Source of the DNA: Eledone cirrhosa
Taxonomy: Eukaryota
Assembly (NCBI GenBank): GCA_964016885.1
Contig: OZ024761.1
Coordinates: 744,001 to 808,000 of the forward strand
DNA length: 64,000 nt
Direction: 5' to 3'
Of this stretch, positions 57,668-64,000 are shown piece after piece. The translations under genes and the position numbers were made by a program. Under the pieces are notes generated by a model. It was not told the DNA's origin. It searched no databases and saw nothing but the letters and a program-made list of their open reading frames with translations. Numbering within the stretch: position 1 is the first letter of the stretch; every line of letters starts with the position of its first letter.

Positions 57668-57912
57668 ATCATTATTGGTGCTACGGGTTATATACCAACC
57701 CGCTTGGACCAAAGTATGACCGAACTTGGATTTGCGGACAAAGAGCGCAGCTCCCTAATTTATAGTCTACAAATGGCTGCGATAGCTGGCACCTTCAAAA
57801 TATGCAAAACATTCTTGCGATTCAAGGGATGACAATTTCTTTTCTTTTACAACCTTGCCACCAGGAAGGTGGCCGGTCAAAAAAATATACTCGAAATTAA
57901 GAGAAAGAGAAA
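57668..57912 (+). mobile_element. RLE-type non-LTR retrotransposon C-terminus and 3' UTR
   Basis: Own translation: [22 protein letters not shown]...[21 protein letters not shown]-stop. Confidence 0.7.
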
Positions 57913-58131
57913 ATATACATACATACATACATACATATATACATACATACATACATATATACATATACATATATATATATACATATACATATATATATAT
58001 ACATATATACATATACATATATACATATACATATATACATATATATATATACATATACATATATACATATATGTATATATATATATATATATATATACAT
58101 ATATACATATACATATATACATATATGTATA

Positions 58132-58165
<34 letters not shown>

Positions 58166-58230
58166 CACATATATACATATACATATATACATATATATAT
58201 ATACATATACACATATATACATATACGTAC

Positions 58231-58263
<33 letters not shown>

Positions 58264-58560
58264 ATAAAGTATATATCCCTACACGCACAAAGCGCATAGG
58301 GACACATGTATTGTCCAACCATATGCCAATGTGGTTCAATGGCAGGTTAATAAATTAACGAGCCAGAACATATATAATCAAGGTTTAGCAAATAAGAAAA
58401 AGTTTCAAAGTAGACTGACCTCCCTGCCTTTGCTTCTATCTCTACACACGGCACTTGAAGGAAATGCTCCCACATCATTTATTCTCATCTCGGGAACAAT
58501 TTTGAACATCGCCAGTTCGTAATTTGAACTCGGGATTTTATATTCTCCGAGTGAAAAGAT

Positions 58561-58644
58561 CCTTCTGACGAGTGTTTTTCTTTGCAATGGATGCCGTAAG
58601 GACTGTCCATTTATTTTTGAAACTCGAAACCGATTCGGTAAAGG
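58561..58644 (+). ncRNA. Type I hammerhead ribozyme with extended stem II
   Basis: ccuu CUGACGA guguuuuuc...aaugga-ugcc-guaa-ggacu-guccauu...gaaacuc GAAA ccg-auu-cg GUA aagg; lies between inverted arms 58371-58409 and 58683-58722. Confidence 0.82.
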
Positions 58645-58827
58645 TAACCATAGTGAGTAAAGTTTAATTTTTTTTAATTTATTTTGAAACTTTTTCTTAT
58701 TTGCTAAACCTTGATTATATATAGATATATATATATATATATAGATATATATATATATATATATATACATATATATGTATATATATATAAACATATATAT
58801 ATATATACAGATGGACGGTCGTAAACA

Positions 58828-61401
58828 CAAAAGCCTTCCCTAGTGAGGAATGTACATCCCAACATAGCTTAGTTGTGAGTGACCTCACAGTCAGAACTAG
58901 ACGAACCTGGAAACAGAGGCCAACCTGGAGAAGAAAGACCTACGACAGTAAAGAAGAACAGATAGAGACATTCAATCAGGAAGAGCACTGGGAGTTCCTA
59001 AAAAATAACTTACTAGAGGTGACGGATTAGGTCTGTGGCTGGAGTAAGACCACAAGCAGGAGAGTGACTTGGTGGTGGAACAATAAGGTAGATGAGGCAG
59101 TTAAGGCCAACAGACAGGCATGGAAAGAATGGAAGAACAGGGGAAGCAGGGTACATTACATAGAGACCAAGAGGGAAGCTAGGCAACAAGTATACTTAGT
59201 TACGAGGGAAGCAGAGGATAGAAAATTCAAGCATGTTTTGCAATGTGAGGACCAGAAACAGGAGGTGATCAAGATTGCGAGGCAGTGTGTCAGAGAGAAT
59301 TGTGATGTCATTGGAGAGAAGTGTATCCAGAAAGATAAAGGTGAGCTTGCTCTCACAAGTGCTGAGAAGAAAGATGCAGGGAGTCATTATGATAGATTAC
59401 TAAATGAGGAGAATGCATGGGAAGAAGAGACCCTACCCCAAGTAGACCCTATCGAGGGGCCAGCAGTACCAGTCAGCAGCAGCGTAGTAAGTAAGGCAAT
59501 CAAAGATATGACGATGGGGAAGGCAACCGGTCCATCGGGTATAGCTGCCGAGATGCTGAAGGCATCTGGGTCTGTAGGTCACACTATAACCACACGTATT
59601 GTTAACCAGGTAATACTAGAAGGTGTCATACCAAAAGATTGGTGCAGTAGCATCATTGTCAACTGCTACAAAGGTAAAGGTGATGCACTAGATAGAGGAA
59701 ACTATAGAGGTATAAAGCTGATGGACCAGGTCATGAAACTAACAGAAAAAGTTATAGCACAGTTGATTAGGGACCGGGTGAAACTAGATGAGATGCAATT
59801 TGGGTTTGTACCAGGAAGAGGCACCACTGATGCCCTCTTCCTTGTGAGGCAGTTACAGGAAAAGTACCTAGCTAAAAGTAAGCCACTCTACCTGGCATTC
59901 GTCGATCTTGAGAAAGTCTTTGACAGAGTTCCACGTGCTGTAATCTGGTGGGCTCTTAGAAAACTAGGAGTAGATGAATGGCTTGTGAAAGCGGTACAAG
60001 CCATGTATAGGGGAGCAGTCAGCAAAGTTAGGATTAGCAATGAGTATAGTGAGGAATTTAGCGTACAGGTTGGGGTCCACCAGCGCTCTGTTCTTACCCC
60101 CTCCTGTTCATCATAGTCCTGCAGGCAATAATGGAGGAGTTTAAGACCGGATGCCCATGGGAACTCCTGTATGCTGATGACCTTGCACTTATAGCTGAAT
60201 CTATGGTAGAACTAGAGAAGAAATTCCAAACTTGGAAGCAGGGACTAGAAAGAAAGGGTCTCAAAGTCAACATGACAAAGACTAAGGTCCTTGTAAGTAG
60301 ACGAGAAGACAGAACCCAGATCCCCTCAGGGAAATGGCCTTGCTCAGTATGTAGGAAAGGTGTAGGTAGGAACTCCATTCTCTGCCCCAAATGCAAACAA
60401 TGGGTACACAAGAGATGTAGCGGGATCTCAGGAAGCTTAATTAAGAATGTAGGCTTCACATGCAGCAGCTGTGCTGGGACAGCAAGCAGCAAACAGCCAC
60501 AGGAAACAAGTACCACCAATCTCTGGAAGGGCTCTGCAGAAACAGTAGACAGCTTCTGCTACCTAGGTGACCGAATTAGCAGCGGAGGTGGGTGTTCAGA
60601 AAGTACAATAACTAGGGCAAGAACGGGATGGAAGAAGTTTAGGGAACTACTACCACTGCTAGCTGTATGATGCGTGTATCCGAACAGCGATGTTGCATGG
60701 TAGTGAGACCTGGGCGCTGAAGGTGGAAGACTTACGTAGATTAGAGAAAAACGAAGCCTGCATGCTCCGATGGATGTGTAATAGTAATATACGCGAACGA
60801 CAAAACATATATGAATTGAGAGAGAGACTGAGCATAAGAGGAATCAAATGCTGTGTGCAGGAGAGGCGGTTGCGCTGGTATGGACATGTGATGCGTATGA
60901 AGGATGACAGCTGCATAAAAAGGTTCAGAGCACTAGAAGTCGATGGAAACCGCGTAGTGGGGAGACCCAAGATGACCTGGGATGAGGTGATAAAATCCGA
61001 CCTTACCCAATTACACCTCTCAAAAGCGATGACACACGACCGTGACCTCTGGCGTCACGCAGTAATACAGAGTACCCGACCTCCCATGGGTACAAGCTGA
61101 AGCATATAGACAATATGGCCCCACACCCCCCACTGCAAGGTGGTCGTGGAGGTGCCACGGCAAAAAAAGCACCCAGCCCACACTGTAAAGTGGATGTGTA
61201 GGCGCCACGAAAAAGCACCCAGCACTCACTGTAAATGAGGTTGGTGTTAGGAAGGGCATCCAGCTGTAGAAATCAAGCCAAATCAGTTCCTGTGTGAGCA
61301 AGGCATGGTCAGCCGACCAGACACTGCTCACAACAGGACAACCCGTCTAACCCATGCTAGCGTGGAAGAACGGACGTAAAACGGTGATGATGATGATGAT
61401 A
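58828..61401 (+). mobile_element. RTE-clade LINE, 5'-truncated and frameshifted (APE end, RT, PHD-like finger, 3' UTR, (GAT)n)
   Basis: NYRGIKL, QFGFVPGRGTTDA, AFVDLEKVFDRV, LLYADDL, FCYLG, RRLRWYGHV. Confidence 0.96.
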
Positions 61402-61635
61402 TATATATATATAAACATATATATATACATATACATATATATATATATATAAACATAGATATATACATATACATATATATATAGATATATATATATATAT
61501 ATATAGTAATAATAATAAATTTGAAGACTAAAATCCAAAGAGGGCTTGATAAGGATAAATATACCGTTAAGGGGGAAAGCAGCGATTTGTTGCTTTAATT
61601 TTAATCTGTTTTTAATTTTAATAAATATATATATA

Positions 61636-64000
61636 AACTCCTGGCTGAGAGATGGATCAATAAGACAATAGAGGTAGTTCGAGTTAGTAATAGAATAATT
61701 AAGCTTAGATTAGTTGTAGGCAGGAGACTACTGACAATCATCTCTGCCTATGCTCCCCAAGCAGGCCTAGGCAAAGATGAGAAAGATTGCTCTTACGAGC
61801 AACTTTTACAAACAACCGCAATGACTGAGGACGGGGACATCGTTATGCTAGCAGGGGACTTCAATGGTCATGTTGGACAGCTCCAGGATGGTTACACTGG
61901 GGTACATGGTGGGCACAGTTACGGCTCAAGAAATGAAGAAGGAGTGAGACTTCTTGAATTTTGTGATGCAAGTACACTGACTATTTGCAACACAAACTTC
62001 CAGCAACCTGCCAATCACCTAATAACCTACAAATCTGGCAAGCACATAAGTCAGATTGACTTCTTACTAGTTAGGCAGCGGGACAGGCAGATAGTGTCTA
62101 ATACCAAGGCATACCCTGGGGAAGAATGTACCCCACAGCATAGGTTAGTCGTTAGTGATATCTCAGTAAGCAAGAGATGGAATGAGACATACAGGAAGGT
62201 GTGGAGAAGAAAGGTCTGGAAGCTAAAAGACCTTTCACTAAAATACAAATTTAGGAAAGCCCTTCAAGATGAATATGACGAAAAAGAAGACGATTTAGAG
62301 ACATATGACATAGATAATAACTGGAATTTCTTACGTGATAACTTGCTGTAGGCTACTGATGAAACTTGTGGCTGGAGCAGAGCTTCAACCAGACAGAGAG
62401 TGACCTGGTAGTGGAACAGCACAGTAGATAAGGCCATTAGAGACAAAAGACTAGCATGGAAGGCTTGGAAAACGGGTGGGAGTAGGGAAGAATATACAGC
62501 CACTAAGAGAGAAGCTAGGCGTCAGGTGTACTTAGCACGCAGGGAGGCTGAGAGTAGAAGGTTTGCCAATGCTCTGCGACGGGAAGATCAGAGGCGTGCG
62601 GTGTTCCACATTGCAAGGCAGTGTGTCAATGTAAATCAGGATGTTGTTGGAGATGTGTCTGGAATGATGCCGGTGTACTTAGTGTCATGAATGATCAGAA
62701 AAAGGAGGCCTGGAAATGTCATTATGAGAAACTGATGAATGTGGAAAACGAATGGGAGAAAGAGAAATTACCCTTGGTAGATCCGACAGAGGGACCAGCT
62801 ATTGAGATTGACGAATATAGGGTCCAAGAGGCGATTAAGGAAATGAAAAATAGTAAGGCTGCTGGACCATCGGGAATAGTTGCTGAGATGCTGAAGGCAT
62901 CAGGGGACGTAGGCACTAAACTGGTTGCACGCATCATCAATCAGGCTATATATGGTGGTGTCATACCCAAAGACTGGTGCAACAGTATTCTCATAAATTG
63001 CTACAAAGGTAAAGGGGATGCTCTGGAGAGGAGCAATTATAGGGGTATAAAACAGATGGATCAGGTTATGAAAGTGGCAGAAAAGATATTAGCACAACTA
63101 ATTACAGAAAGGGTCAAACTAGATGAGATGCAGTTTGGTTTTGTGCCTGGGAAAAGTACAACAGATGCCCTCTTCAATTGCAAGAAAAATAAGCCACTAT
63201 ACAAAGCCTTTGTTGACCTAGAGAAGGCCTTTGATAGGGTACCCCAATCTGTCATCTCGTGGTCCCTAAGGAAACTAGGTGTTGAGGAATGGCTTGTGAG
63301 GACAGTGCAAACTTTGTACAGAGGTACTCTCAGTAAAGTCAGGGTAGGAATGGAGTTTAGTGAGGAATTCCAGATACAAGTAGGAGTACATCAAGGTTCA
63401 GTCCTCAGCCCGCTGTTGTCCTCCAAGCCATAACAGAGGAGTTTAAGACTGGCTGTCCATGGGAACTTCTCTATGCTGACGATCTGGTTCTTATAGCAGA
63501 ATCAGTAGAGGAGCTAGAGAATAAATTCTGGCTATGGAAACAGCAGTTGAAAGCAAGAGGACTGAGAGTGAACCTAGCTAAGACAAAAGTGTTGATGAGT
63601 AGAAAAGAGGACAAAACTCTGATTCCGTCAGGGAAATGGCCATGTTCGATATGCAGAAAATGAACTGGCATAAATTCTATAAAATGCACACAATGCCGAT
63701 CCTGGGTACACAAGAGATGTAGCGGGATAGCAAGCAAACTAACAGGTAGGGAGAAATATGTATGCAGTAGATGTACAGGGAAATTAGACAGTAGAAGTTG
63801 CATTGATAGACACATTTTTCAAATATAGGATGGTGCTATAGAAGCTTCTGGTACCTAGATCAAATTAACATGGGAGGAGGGGGGGGGGATTTCCAAGGCC
63901 ATAGTATCTAGAATAAGGACGGGTTGGAAGAAGTTTAGGGAGCTGCTTCCTCTGCTGACGAAGGTTTACTGCCTGCGTACGAAAGGCCGGTTGTATGATG
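61636..64000 (+). mobile_element. Second RTE-clade LINE (APE and RT, disrupted), running off the window
   Basis: ISAYAPQ, GDFNGHVG, SQIDF, QHRLVV; FVDLEKAFDRV, GVHQGSVLSP, LYADDL; stops and frameshifts. Confidence 0.96.

Larger units (their letters stand above)
54462..58262. repeat. About 3.8 kb (TA)n/(TACA)n expansion with two embedded retroelement islands
   Basis: Direct inspection. Confidence 0.97.

Noticed and set aside
54417-57765. ORFs of 774-1080 aa (also 15999-17413)
   Set aside because: Translations of stop-free (TA)n/(TACA)n microsatellite
61505-61625. Repeat shared, partly inverted, with 49742-49885 as another hammerhead family
   Set aside because: GAAA plus a stem is present, but no convincing core or stem I could be assembled

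Overview
AT-rich, microsatellite-laden eukaryotic DNA; the SINE/LINE repertoire suggests a coleoid cephalopod (octopus), which is inference. The window lies inside one minus-strand gene, a striatin-family PP2A B''' scaffold (STRN3/Cka-like). Nine internal exons (52503 to 2036) join in frame with GT-AG junctions; exon 1 and the WD40 exons lie outside the window. The introns hold RTE LINEs (with a PHD-like finger inside the RT), R4/Dong-like, CR1 and Tx1 fragments, a mariner relic, MITEs, two tRNA-SINE families, minisatellites and kilobase (TA)n tracts that explain most of the long ORFs. The main finding is at least five unrelated families of type I hammerhead ribozyme motifs, mostly inside short non-coding elements with an inverted copy of their own tail, usually flanked by (TA)n, resembling Penelope pseudo-LTRs or retrozymes. 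Three motifs are sense to the host pre-mRNA in one intron. Also noted: a candidate 45-nt poison exon, inverted SINEs bracketing exons 5-8, and twin-primed LINE insertions.
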